Origin: Klebsormidium nitens | Lineage: Eukaryota; Plantae; Klebsormidiophyceae | NCBI GenBank assembly: GCA_000708835.1 | Contig: DF237566.1 | Coordinates: forward strand, 1 to 51,086 | Direction of reading: 5' to 3' | Length of the DNA stretch: 51,086 bases | Shown: piece by piece, positions 11,134 to 24,500 of the stretch | Layout: the number at the start of each line of letters is the position of its first letter | How positions within the stretch are numbered: the first letter of the stretch is position 1 | The notes under the pieces: model-generated | The model's input: only the letters and a program-made list of their open reading frames with translations | Databases searched by the model: none | Told to the model about the DNA's origin: nothing | Translations under genes and position numbers: made by a program

Positions 11134-12546
11134 GCTGCTCCTGCAGGCATGCTCTGGTGGAGGTTTAGGCGGTTCTGTGCAACCTTCAGGGATGAAGAGT
11201 CCGCCACTGTACTTAGAGCTCCACTGGAGGCAGTTGGAGTGGAGTGAACCAACTTGCCAACAACGGGACAAAGAGGTCGCAATTTCCATTTTAGTATAGA
11301 GTTCGGAAGGCTTTTATACAGTTATGATCACTCAATCACATTGGCCTTCCCGGTGTTGTTGATCATCTCAGATGTTCGAGTTGATGTACATAGATTCAAG
11401 TCGTGATCAGCAGCCATGGTCACTCTTCAATCCAACTATACATGGTGTCCAATGGTTCATTGCAATTTTACAGGCTTGCAGCCGTTCGGGCCCGGCAGAT
11501 CATACTACACGGATGCATTGCCATTTGATTCGGCTGAGAATCAAGCAACTATACTCTAGTTGCGGATATCATGGCTGGCTACATACGTGCCAGCTCGAAT
11601 TTGCATGTCGTGCATATATACATGCCTCCGCGATCGCGGGGTCTCAGTAAATGAATGTCATATTAAAAGGCACATGTGGTCACATGTGGTCCATTCATAT
11701 TGATCATGTGCAAAAGCTTAAGTATATGCAGCTGAGGAAGGAATACGTGTGCATGCAGTCGCGTGGAAGTATTCGAGTGCATGAAGGCGATGTACATGAG
11801 TGCCACATGAGAAATCACTGTCGATCATGACTCAAATCCAGATTTGGATCGTAGCAGTCACATGCATGAAATTACATGTATGACTTCAGACTCATTGCAC
11901 CATTGCATATGAGAAGCTTCCAGTCGGATTTATATAAGGGTTGTCTGCTTCTCTCGTGCCAGATGAATTAATTGTACCAAGAAGAGTGCCAAGTAGACTG
12001 TCGCGACAGTAGGTCGAAAGGTTCTGCGCTGTGTATATGCATAGCTCGGGCTGAAATCATTTAACGATTGTTTCCTGTTACGTGACCAGCGCGGCCTGAC
12101 GTCCGCAACTAACATAGCAGTTCTTGGAGGTTTCTGTGTCACTTACCCCAACATATAAAAAAAGAAGGCTGTTCATCCGATTTGGCTGTTCACCTGAGTC
12201 GGTGTCCTACCACATCGATGGTGCAAGGTGCACCTGCTGTTTCTCCAGAGACCCAGTTGCTGCTGCGCCTCTGCTTCTATTTCAAACACTCACAGACTAC
12301 ATAAATCAAGGGTTCTGACCCGTCAGGTTATCGCAGCTCGGAAACTTGTGTTTCATGCAAGCTGCAGGATTCCGCGGGCCTGGCAACAGCGCTCTGCGGC
12401 TCAGCTGCTGTATACTGCGGGCTGCTCATCGGCTCGAACTCACGTAACCACGGACACAGTTATTGACGCTGTAAACCAGTGTTGTATCCCCCTGCCCGAA
12501 TGGCGGGCACGAGTGGCGCGGCGCAGCGAGCGGCCGCTCGCCGCTC

Positions 12547-15500
12547 TCATACGCCAACCCAGACGTCGAACTGGAGGGACGTGTCGTAGAAGGTGGGGTC
12601 AGGGAACTCCGCGGACGACAAGATCTCCGACAGCTTCTTGACGGCGCCGCCCAGGCTGCCGGGCGGGGTAGAGGGGTCGGTGACCTTAACCGCCCAGCCG
12701 AGGAAGCCCAGGTAGTCCGTGGACAGCACGCCATCATACGTCATCCCGTAGGGGCTGACCGACAGCTGCACCGCGCCGGTGCTCTTCCTCTTGAGCAGCA
12801 GCAGCGGCAGCGCGTTCGGCACCGGCTTGTCGAACGCGTACCAGCTGACGTCAGACAGCGCCACGGTGGCGGCGTGGAAGCCGGCCACGGCGATGCGGCC
12901 CGCGTCCGAGTTGGAGAACACCATCTGGCCGCGGCTCATGGTGCTCTGGATGGCGTCGCGCATCTTGATGACGTTGCTGAGCGAGCTGAGCGCGATGTAG
13001 AAGCGGAAGTAGTAGCTGCCGCCGTGCGGCTGGATGATCGTCGTGTCCGGGCTCGCCACGTTCTCCGCGCACGCGTGCACCGTCTGAGGGCACGCCAGAG
13101 GAGCGGTGTCAGGACAGGGTCGTGGGGCAACAAAAATGCGAAAAGGGATCCGGAGAGGACTGTTAGCATCTATGCTCCTGATCCGTTTTAGTGATGCTAA
13201 ATGTATAAACTGTAAGGTCGCTCGATGGCAGAGCAGCCAGCACAAGGGATTAAAGGTGCAACCCCTGGCAATTGACAGTCACCGAGGGGCTCTAAAGTGC
13301 GAGCGCTCACACGGGAGCGAGACACAAGCAGGTGGTGTCTACGAGAGGTTCAGAGGCCAGTAAGATACTCCAGCCTGCCATGACGACTGCCGTGTCTCTG
13401 CTTTCATCCGGACACCGTGCCTGGATCCGCTGTACTGTGTTGCGCTCTCACCTGGTGGATGGCCTCGAACACCTGCGTGTACTCCCCGACCGGGTCCGTG
13501 CCGCGCCCGAAGCGGACCTGCCCGCACCAATTGCGCTCAGCGCCGGGCGCGTAGTAGATCCCAATCGCTTTCACGTTGTCCGTGTTGCTGTCCTCGGTGT
13601 CGGTGAAGGCCATCCAGCCGTCTGCAAGGAGACGTACACAGACCGGATGAGCTCAACCGGGGCCATGCCATAGCCTTTAGTTATCGAGGCCTCAGGTCGC
13701 CACCCCGCGAGGGCACTCGACTCTCGGTCATTTACCTAGGATAGATGCCACGAACGCTTCATACTCACCGTCAGTGATAAGAGCTTTTAGTCCTCAAAAA
13801 TTTAGTCCTGCCATTTTCTCATCTGAGATAACTTATACAAGCGAAACGGCCGAAACGTTTGAAAGACGCACTACTGATGGAGTTAGCAGCGAACCGAACC
13901 GCGACTGCAAGCCCATGTCGAGCCCCTCCTTCTACGCTCCTCCAACATCCGCGCTCTGGGCAAAGAGGTCGTTCGTGGAAAGGGCGGGTTGCTCAGCAGT
14001 CTGAGACAGCTGACCATCAATCATCTGGACATCGAACTGCTCGTTTGAACGGTCAATCTGGCCATTGGCGGACCTGATTTTGCCGCATAAATTTATTTTT
14101 AAAGTGGGAAAAATTTTAGACAATGGAGAGTGTCGGCCACGTGGCTACGTTTTCGGGGCGCCGGCGCGCGGTGCGCACCTGTTTCGGTGAACATGTGCAT
14201 GGGGTTCTCCCAGCCGGAGGTGTGGTCCTCGTACTGCCACTTGCCGCCCGGCAGCGAGCGCACGTACTTGGGCCGCGCCACGTAGTTGAAGCCGCTCCAC
14301 GGCATGTCCACGAAGTTGATCGCGCGGTGCCCGAAGTTGTGCCAGATGTACGTGATCTCCACCAGGCCCTGCATAACCCGGGAACGGACTGTTTATCGAC
14401 AGCGACCAAGAGCGCACAGCCGTGATTCATTGGTCTCCTATCTTGAACAAGGAGAAAAGTAAACGGAGGTTGACGGAGATTGCGGCCTCAAAACACAGCA
14501 GGGGGTGCTTCTGACTTATTCTGTCGAGGCCTTGCCTGCGGCGCAGGTTTCGCAACAGAGGTCGATCCCTTCAAAATGTGTCTCGAAGTGCGAAAAGGCC
14601 AGCCGCGGCACACCCTTCAATTCACAACCTTATCAGAAGCATTCGCACATCTAATTCGGTCACGAGGGACGGCTTCTCGAAGATAAGCAGCTCCGTGACC
14701 GGCTGTACTTGGAAAAGTCCAGCAGCGGCCTCACCCCGCCAACATCGCGCAGGCGCTGCTGCAGCAGCAGGTTGGCGCGGTGGTCCGGGTTCATGCCGTC
14801 GCTGCCCTGCTCTTTCTGCGGCCACGTGATGGTCTGCACCCCGTGGTCGATGTTCTGCCACGCCAGCAGCGGCGAGTACATCTCCACCTTGCGGTCGTCC
14901 GGCGCGCCGCCCGCCTGCGAGCGCGGTCAAGCACAGTCAGAAAAGAGACGAAAGGAATTATGCGGGCCAGAGGGAGAAGCGGGGCGAATGGCGGAAAAGA
15001 TTCAACCGCGTGCCGCATGCTTCTCTTGAAAGCAGCGCAAGACACTCAGTAGGACTTATGACGTGAACAGGGAGCTTCGAAGAGCCTGCACGACTCTGCG
15101 AGCGAAGTGGATTTTTCCAAATGGCGAACTCGAGGTGGTTCTTTCCAACAAACGACCAGGTTTGGAGAACGAGCAAAATGACAGGAGCCCGGGGGCCCAT
15201 GTCTCATCAACTTAGGTATAGTAAGCTCCTAGTCTAACACTGAAAACATAATCCTCAAAATAACCCGCTCCGCACCCGTACCCACCCTGGACCCCCAAAC
15301 CAACCCCACCCGTCTCAGGCTGGTTAGCTTACTATACCTAGAGCGTACTGTTCCTACATCGAAGTTTTAATTAGGGCCCCCGTGAGGCCCGGCCGTCGCC
15401 GTCCGGTGCGCTGACCTGGTGGATGATGTAGGGCGGGCTCTGGTCGTTGATGGCCGCGATGGACTGTAGGACGCGGTCCAGGTACTCCTCCCCCACGTAC

Positions 15501-18268
15501 TGGTACCCCACCAGGTCCACGCCGTCCTCGCCGGCAAACGCGTACGCCGCGCCCGAGGACCCGATGTTGAGCCGCCACGGCGAGCTGTCGCCCGAGTGGG
15601 TGAACGACCTGCGCGACGACAGGCGCCAGTTTCGGCTGAGAATTGGTAATATAATCCGAGCTAGCCAGACAAGATTAAAGATCGGGACATTTGTACAAAG
15701 CAGCATAGGGTATGCTGCCCTTTGCCGTAGAAGCGCATGGACATCAAAACATTCGCATTCATTTAGCAGCAGTCGTTTAGCTGGCCAGCACATCTTGCGG
15801 CTGTTCTCCTTGCCGTGGATCCAGCAAGCCAAGCTGCCGCAAACTGGTGCCAGGCACGAGCAGACTGGTGCTCCTCACCTGAAGTAGTTCTGCGAATCCT
15901 TCTCGTTGGGGAAGTAGTTGCTCCGGTCGATGGTGGTGCTGCCCCCCTGAAAGCCCAGCTCCGTGCCGGGCGCCATCCAGAAGCCGGCGCCCTGCGCGTG
16001 CTTGTCGCCCGCCGTGACGTCACCGCTCAGCGATGACGTGTCACCGCTATTGCTCCGCACCACCTTGGCAGTCGAGCTGGGAGAGGGGGTGGGCGAGGAC
16101 GTGGGGGAGTCGGTCGGAGAAGGGGCTTGGGTGTTGGACGGAGGACTGGGAGAGTCAGTGGAAGGAGGGGTCGGGTTGTTCGACGGAGGACTGGGAGAAT
16201 CCGTCGAGGAGGGGGTCGGGTTGTTAGACGGAGGACTCGGAGAATCCGTTGAGGAGGGAGTCGGGGAGCTCGGAGAAGATGAATCGGAGGGGGCCGGCGT
16301 GTTACTCGACAATGGCTGGCCCGAAGCTGCTGCACAAAGTGAAGGCAGAACATCATCAGGCAACTCGAAGACTTGTACATACTGGTAAGCAGTCCCGATG
16401 ACTAATGTCGACATTGGAGTGACCCAAAAGCACAAACTTCGTGCCTCTTCTGCCATAAGATAAGGATCAAGACAGCAGGTTTTGCGTAAGCCCAGCGTCG
16501 AATATCTGGACCAGCCTAATGAAGAAGAGACTTCAGAGACGAAAAGCACACTTGAAAGTTTCTTCGGCCTTCAAATTTGTGCAAGGCTGCCCAGCTTGAT
16601 GGGTTTCGTCTTCTTTCTTGCATGTATATAACTTGAGGAAAAAGGAGTAAAAAGGACTTGTGCTTGCGATGACCACGTCCGAACTACTGCCATCAGCCTT
16701 GCTTACTAAAACCAGCCCCTGCAGACCGGATTCTGAAATTGCATTACTTGACTAATGAGGTTGAGCATGAGCAAGTTGGTGGTAATATCAATCTGATGCC
16801 CTTGCTTCATCAAGACCTGGGCGCCGGGCCTGTGTTGCTGGATAGCTTGTGACAAGAAACAGATGTGACAGGAGCTTTCGAAAGCAAGACGCTTTTCTTT
16901 TCAAAGGAAGAAAGAGGTTTGTCACTTACACGAACCATCAGGCACCGACTGGCCGGAACAGTAGGGAAGGTCTGCTGGGCTGCTGGGGCAGCCCTCGTTG
17001 CCGCAGCACGTGTACGCAGAACCTTGGGCGTTGAAACATTGATTGGGCTGAGCACTGTTGGGGTCGCAGCCTGTAAAGAAAGATGATTCAGCTGGGGGCC
17101 TGGTTGAAGCTCACCTGATACAAAACATGACAACAGCTGCACAAGAGTGGGCAGGCCGCTCAACAAAGTTGCCAGAATCAGTGGGCGTCCCATCGGTTGC
17201 CATATCCCCCTGGGGAAAGGGGCTCTCAACAGGCAAGACACGTGCACGTACCTTGAAGTAGCTTTCGGCCAGTCAAGCTTTGAACCACCACTGGCGCTCC
17301 CAGGAGGGGGCAAACTGCAGAAGGTGAAGTGAAATCTCAGTGCTCATATGGAAAAAGCTAGTGGTGACACTTCTTGGACTATGATCACAGAGTCTAGTGA
17401 GAGCGCAGCTTGCAACACCAGCTGTGGGCCTTGATCCTGCAAAATCCTCAGGAGCTCATGCAACTGGGATCAGCTAGGTATGGGAGGATGCTATTTGACT
17501 ATTCATAATCCACTGGCAACTCAGAGGTCCGCAGGGCGCGCGTCATCAATTTTGACCGCTAAAACCAGGGTCCTCCTAAGAAAGTGACATTATCTTTACC
17601 ACATTCAATTGAGAGGAGCGGGCGCAAGTGAACAAGCACAGGAACCCTTGAACTGCTCATGTTCGTGATTTGAAATATGACAAAGTAGATGTTTGAAGCT
17701 TAAAAGCACTAGAAAGGTAGCAGTGCTCAAGATCGTCTGACAAAAGGCATGGTCTTCCACAGTGTTGGCTAAAGGCACTACCTTTCTGCAGCTGTGATTT
17801 GGATGACCTGGACTGCCCCTTTAACCTGATATGGGATCAGGGGCCACTTTCGGAGTCACGCTAGCTCAGTCTACATTTTGACTGCTGATGGAGGACTGGA
17901 CTGGAGCTCAGTCTGGAGCCTAACCTTCTAATTGCGGTGTTGTGCAAATTCTAGTGCGCCACATTTCTAAATAAGTGGGAGAATACAACCAATGTGTTGA
18001 GTACTGTCTACTAGTGTGATCACCCCCTGCGAACATTATCAAGCCAGCTCATTTCGTTGGTGCCCTATGATGCTGGTGCCAGGATGTTGGCACTCTTTTA
18101 CTGCGACAATCTACAGCGTCTAATAAAGTTTGTTGTCCAGAGCAGGATGACCCAAATGGTGGCATGAGATGCACTGCCAGCGGACCACTCACCTTGCTGA
18201 AGGAGCAGGAGGAGACTAATCACAGCTGCGTGGCTCAGAAAGCCCCTCTTCATCTCACTGGAGCCCAT
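12547..18268 (-). CDS. Secreted protein of unknown function, 9 exons, 666 aa: signal peptide, 6-Cys module, Ser/Pro/Thr linker, large C-terminal domain
   Basis: Hand-built exons 18268-18193, 17314-17252, 17070-16930, 16329-15879, 15608-15416, 14914-14735, 14368-14179, 13621-13452 and 13083-12547. All introns are GT-AG with compatible phases; the total is 2001 nt with no internal stop. N-terminus MGSSEMKRGFLSHAAVISLLLLLQQVCPLLGAPVVVQSLTGRKLLQ. Confidence 0.85.
16137..16266 (-). repeat. Coding 45-bp tandem repeat x3 (PTPSSTDSPSPPSNN)
   Basis: Units start at 16137, 16182 and 16227 (gacggaggactgggag...). They encode the Ser/Pro/Thr linker. Confidence 0.9.
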
Positions 18269-21131
18269 CGTGCCTTAGTGTCAGAAACTCAAGATGTGGA
18301 TACAGCAGAGAAATGCTGTGTGATCATGAGCCAAGAATGACACCCGATGATCCCTTCAACTTAAGTTCAAGCACTGCAGCTGCTGCCTCTCCACTTCGCC
18401 AGTGAGCTTCAATTGGGTCTGCGTGCCAAGATCTCAGGAAGGTGCGGCACTCGTTTTGTGGTGTATGCCGAGGACAGGAGGGGACAGCGCGCAGAGCAGC
18501 AGCTGGTGGTGCAGCACTTGTCCCTCAAGGTGGTGGTGACTGGCCTCTCACTGCAGAAGGACAGATCGACCAGCGGCTGCAGCTGTAATGAGGCAAGGAA
18601 GGGCAGGCGCGAAGGTTTTGCAGCGAATTACAAGTTCATCAGCCCTGGGCAACAGTGGCAAGAAGCCAAACGAGGACAAAGCAAAGCTGAGGTATCACTG
18701 GTGTCCGTGCTGAAAGTCTTGAAGTCTCAGCTAGGAAGTTCCGTTGCTAGCCTGCAGCTTGCCTCGACTTCCAAACGTGAAATGCGAACAGCTGCAATCT
18801 GGCGACCGCCAGGATGACACTTCGCCGACGGCACCATGACACAATCCGCGCACTCCCCCCCGGAACACCCATTCCTCTGTACAGCCGGCCTGTCGGTTGC
18901 TTGAGTACTGCCACCGTCTTCTTGGCATCACGCAGACGGTCGCCCGCGAACTGCAGCCAGTGCAGGCTGCCACTGATCTGCCCGCTTTTGCGGGACCCTG
19001 GTGCAGAAATGTCGGAGCCTCCTGTCTTTTCAATTGCTCCCGTGCCAGTGGAAGCTCCGAGTCTGAACGGACACGACAAGGCAGCGGGGCGGGGCTTGCG
19101 CCCGGGTAGTTCAAGCTTCCGTGCCCCGACCTGCTACAATGTTGGCCGGTAGTCTCCCGAATACCAGATTCTGGTGTAATTGTGCCCCCCGGCTAGGGCA
19201 CGGCAAATCTCTGATTTCCACCCGGGCCCTGAGCTGTTCTTCCGGCCTCGACGCACGTTCGTCAACGGTGCGCGAGAAAGACGTTGATCGACAGGACTCA
19301 GGAGCCATGTGTTTGGCATGGACGCCGGACATCGTTTACCACTGCGGAACAGCGAACTTGAAACAGTGCTCATTGCTCAGTACGTGCTGCAGCTAGGGTG
19401 CTCAGGCTGTACCTAGAGTGACCCCGGTACCGTATACCGGTACCAGATGTACAGAATCAATGGGGGTACCCCGGTACCTACAAAATTCATGGTACCGGCA
19501 AGTATCTGCCGCACATATGGACTGAGAACACAGGGTGGGCTGCCGCCGGTACCTACGGTACTCAAAGGTACCTACGTACGTACATACCTAGGTATTGGTT
19601 GGTCTCGGGTCGTACACCTTGGATCCACACGCTGTGCTTCGCACTGCTGTTAGTACCGGTAGTGTACACTGCGCGGCGGGGAAGATTTGCAGTGTCGACC
19701 AACTTGGTCCCGACCCGTTGCGGTCCCATAACACCATCCTCAGACCGGTATATACTCAAGAGGGAACTTTGAATGTTGTGTTAGAAAATCCGTGGTCGGC
19801 CTTGGGCCCCCGTATGTCCCGGTGAAAGGACCGAGCGCCCCAGTTGATTCCGGCGCAATTTCCGTTCTATGTGCCGAGATGAGTTCATGCAAACCGTCGA
19901 TCGCTGCCCGTCACCTCGAAGCGGTCATGTACACTTGCCGGGGTCCCAGACTCCCAGGACCCATAGGTGCCGTGCCCACAGAAACGGTTGGGTACCCGGA
20001 GTCGATTGGGACTTCCAAGCTCGGGAACAACTACAGGCATTTGACTTTACCGGTAACCCATTTCGACTGCCTAACATCGACTCCCGACTACCTAGTCCCG
20101 GCTCCGCAGAACGACCGACCCCGTTCTCGGTCGGTCGGGGTGTACTAACCCGCGGGTTCTCTTCGTCGGGGTGCAAGCCGGCAGGACAAGACGGTGCAAG
20201 ACGTCCGACAAGACGTCAGTAGTACCGGCCACACGGCAACTCCCGCGACAAATAGAGAACCGTAAAGCGCCGTGACAGTACCCTACAGAAACGTACCTAG
20301 GTACCTCCCGTAATACAATACCAATAGTGAGTGTACCTACCGGCGCCTTGCTCCCGGTAGACTACAAGCAGTGGCTACACAGTTCAGAGATCGTGGCGAA
20401 ATACAAACCCGCTATGCACTAACCCTAATTCAAAATGCACCAATTGGCGCAATTCGGTGGCGAAATACAAGGGCCATCAGCTTGCCGCTTATGTTAAAAA
20501 ATATCTTTTCCTTTTACAGATTTTCGGAACGCAATATGCAGAATTTCCGAAGTCGAATCCGTGACTCAAAACCGCAATATCGACTGCTCTCGGTCTGATT
20601 TTGACCAACTTTGGTCTCAAAACGGTTATCTTATGGTGCATATAAGCAGAATGTTCTGGAAATTGCGCCGGGTTGGCGAAATAGGGGCTCTGGGCGGAAT
20701 ATTGGCGAAATCCGGCGCAACCCCAATTGGCGCAAGCCTACACACACTTGATGTCAATAGGTACTGAGACGGTTTTCAACAACGGGAGCTGGCCGAGATT
20801 AATAGGTACCGGCCTACTTGACAACCTTGAGGCTTGCGTTTGACTGGATACCGTACGGTATGCGAAGTCGTCGTTTGTACGGTTGTCACCAAGTTGCCCC
20901 GGGAATCCTCGGCACATCTAGTCGGCCGGCCCCGGGTTGGCCCGGGCTGGCCCTGGCACCGGCCGGGGCGGCGGGGCCCACTCAGGCTGCCGCCCAGGCG
21001 GCCAGGCTACAGCCTAGGTACCGTACGGTATACCGTACCGAGTACTTTAATACGTCACAGGTGCCTACGCACGCGGAACGCCCGATTGCATAAACTTCCA
21101 TCTGTATCCCGCTTCCGTCCGATCTTGCATT

Positions 21132-21168
21132 NNNNNNNNNNNNNNNNNNNNNNNNNNNNNNNNNNNNC
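21132..21168. other. Assembly gap (37 N)
   Basis: Run of N. Confidence 0.99.
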
Positions 21169-21503
21169 CATTTTGAAGATCCGGCTTTCCGCGTGACGGT
21201 ATTTTAGTACCTACGGTAATACGGTAGGTACTAGGAAGGTAGTACGCCACAGTGACCGATTGGAATTTGGCATTCAGGAATTGAAGTCTACGTGTGATCT
21301 GCAGACGAAGGTTTTGAAAAATCCACACCGGTGACCGTTCTATACTAGGTATTTAATTTACCAGTGGCGCTTCACCAAAATAGGTAAGATTTGGTCCTAC
21401 TAGTATACTACCTATCATCTGGCGCATATGTGATGTCAAACTCAAGAAGCCAGCGTGCTGCCATTCTTCTCCTCGAGTCCCAAATTCGTCGCAAAGCGCT
21501 AGA

Positions 21504-24500
21504 ATGTCGTCTGGCCATGGTGGTGGTGCTAAAACGTCACGAGGGACACCTCTCAAGCTGATCAATTGTCAAATTGTAAACATCCCTGCTAAAAGTGAAG
21601 CGCATGTTGGGACCAGATGGGGCACTATCTACATTGAAGCTGGCCTCGTTCAAAGAGTTGAATATGAGCCGACCACGATGTCGCCAGTTGCCATGCAACG
21701 CATCGACCCAGAGTGTATGGATGCTGCAAGCTGGACAGAGGTGGACGTTGGGGGTGCGTATGTGCTCCCTGGCTTCTGTGATGCACATGTGCATGTGACG
21801 GCAGTGACGGCCGATCTGAAGGCCATTGCTTCTCTACCGCCCTCTTTGGTAACCGCGCGCTCTTCCATAATCCTTCGAGACATGCTCTTCCGAGGCTTTA
21901 CAACGGTCAGGGATGCGGGCGGTTGCGACTGGGTAAGCACCTGGCTGGTGGACCTAGTGGGCGTTGATGCAATCGCCTTGCAGGCCATATTGTGGTGGTA
22001 TGCTGCTCTGGAAAGTACCTTTTAGTTGTGGTCGAATTGGCCTTGACCACCATTTGTAGATGGGTTTTCTTCAGAAGCCCGCATTTGGGCCATCTGTTAC
22101 ACCACTATCGGAGAGTGTTTGAGCATCGCATTCGGTGTCTGAGTAGCTGTAAGAAGAGGCATATTCAATACGATCGCTGAGTGTTTAGATCGGGCCAGCT
22201 ATGTGTGCAGCCGCTTATCGGAAGGATCCGCAAGCCGTGCTCACCCCGTTGTACAGGGCCTGGCTAAAGCAGTTGATGAGGGCACACTCATTGGGCCCCG
22301 TATCCTCTTCAGCGGACACGCTCTGTCTCAGACTGGGGGTCATGGCGACATGCGCGAGCGCGGGGACGAGGCCCTCGTGTCGTGCGGCTGCTGCCACGGC
22401 ACCAACGTGACCCTGGGCCGCGTGTGCGACGGCGTGCCCGAGGTGCGCAAAGCGGCCCGGGATGAGCTGCGCAAGGGGGCCTCGCAGATCAAGATCATGG
22501 CCAGCGGGGGGGTGGCCTCGCCGACCGACCGGCTGAGCAACCTGCAGGTGAGCCTCACTGCCCAGCCCACGTGCCAACACCTGCATGACCAGACCTGCAC
22601 CAACCGCTCTCATGACACTGGACTGGCCATCTATTTGTCATCCTGTTGGTTTGAGCGGAGTCAGCTGATTGCCCTGTCTGACGGGCTGTTGCCGGTGGTG
22701 GGCAGTAGGACACCGCGGCACGCCAAAGCTTTTGACACCACTGCTTTCAGGAGCTATGCTTTCCATCATCGTATCTCGATTGGAGGTCAGGCCTTGCATT
22801 TTCTGAGGCTGTGTTGCAGTAAAACGACCTTGGCCCAGGTCGGGTCAAGGCCTTCGGAGGGTGGCGTCTATCTGTTGGAACCTTGAAGCAAGCTCCCGCT
22901 GGTGTCCGCTTCTCTCTCGACACAGCGATTTCTACATGTTTGACTCTTGCAGTTCCTCTTCCTACCGGTTTGCTTGTTCTATCTAAGGACAAGGAGCAGC
23001 TTCTCAGAAGGGCACCGAGCCTGAGGATATGACCATGTTGTTCTGACTGCAGTTTTCGATTGAAGAGACGAAAGCCCTCGTTGAGGAGGCTTCCAACGCG
23101 GGGACCTACGTGTGCGCCCATGCCTACACCGCCCAAGCCATTAGACGAGCACTTGAGTGCGGTGTCCGGAGCATCGAGCATGGGAATGTGAGCAGTTCAC
23201 TTAACGTTCCTCCCTCCAGAATGAGGGTACATCTTTGGGCTTGCTTATGCCGCTGCTCTTGCCTCAAAGAGTGCCTCAAATCGCGTAGAGCTCCGTGGTG
23301 GTCGTTCCAACAGGAATTCTGTAGCATATATGCTGTCACCTTGCGCTTCACGCTTATGAGGATCTACTCTTGCGCCAAGGGCTTGTCCTCTTCCGAAAGA
23401 TACCACAGCAGACGCAAGCAGCTCAGTTTGTCAAGCTGGAGCCGTCTTTTGAGATCCAGCGGACGTCAAAAACTAGTCCCTCTCACACCCTTCCCGATTG
23501 TGAATGAGCATGGAAGCGAGTGAGCTTATTGAGGGGACAATCCCGCCCGGCATTTATACAAGCAGATCTGCAAGCTGACCGTCGAGGAGGCATGTCTGGA
23601 CTCAGCCCTTGACGTTCCCCTGCAGTTGATCGATGCGGAGACTCTGGACCTGCTGATCGCCAAGGACGCCTTCCTGGTACCCACTCTAGTTACGTATGAC
23701 AGGATACGAGCAGAGGGCGTCGAGGCAGGCATGCCGGCGGCACTCGTAGACAAGGTGAGCACTTGCTGCTGGCCTCGGAATGGCAGAAACGGCATCTTTT
23801 CTTTCTTAATGACTGACGTTGACGTGTGACAAGCTGGGCCCTCACATCAAGAGGTGACTTGTCTACGAGCAGCTTCAACATAGACCTATTCCAACTCTAG
23901 ATTTCGGGGGATCAGGCCAAGGCAGTGGAAGGCGGGTCTGATGACTGATACTGTGGGCTACGACGACTTGCTCCACCTTCTTAATGCGGTTGCTGCATCC
24001 TGCCGAGCAATCTCTTTGGAAGCCTGTCCCAAGTCGGATGCTTAGGGAGGCCGAGAAAGCAGTTTGCTTAGAGGCCGCGCCCACTCCGAGCGCGGCAAAG
24101 ATGACCGACAAGGGCTGCCTGGACTGCATCAGCGGCTTCGACGAATCCCAAAGTCTCCAGGGCCCCCGGCACTCTCCACGCCATGCGTGTCCCAGCTGAC
24201 GGTGTTACGCTGCGCCTCATGTCCAGGTGGCCGACATCCTGGAGCGGGGCGTGGAAGCTCTCGCACTGGCGGACGGCAAGGGCGCCCAGATCTGCTTCGG
24301 CAGCGACCTGCTCGGGACCATGCACAAGCACCAGTCGGCGGAGTTCGCCATCCGCAGCCGAGTGCAGACGCCCGAGGCGATTCTCCGAAGCGCCACCGCC
24401 ACCTTCGCGGAGCTGACGGGCCTGCAGGGGAAGGTGGGCTGCATCGCGGAAGGAGCCTATGCTGATCTCGTTGTCGTGGCCAAAGAGAAAAGTCCGCTAG

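Noticed and set aside
18413-19396. Several 70-134 aa ORFs upstream of the secreted-protein gene
   Set aside because: They occur on both strands with no motifs. A minus-strand splice acceptor near 18590 suggests 5' UTR or intron sequence.
20112-20148. 9-bp hairpin followed by CTAA, like a Helitron 3' end
   Set aside because: CTAA is followed by C rather than T, and no 5' TC end or other support was found.
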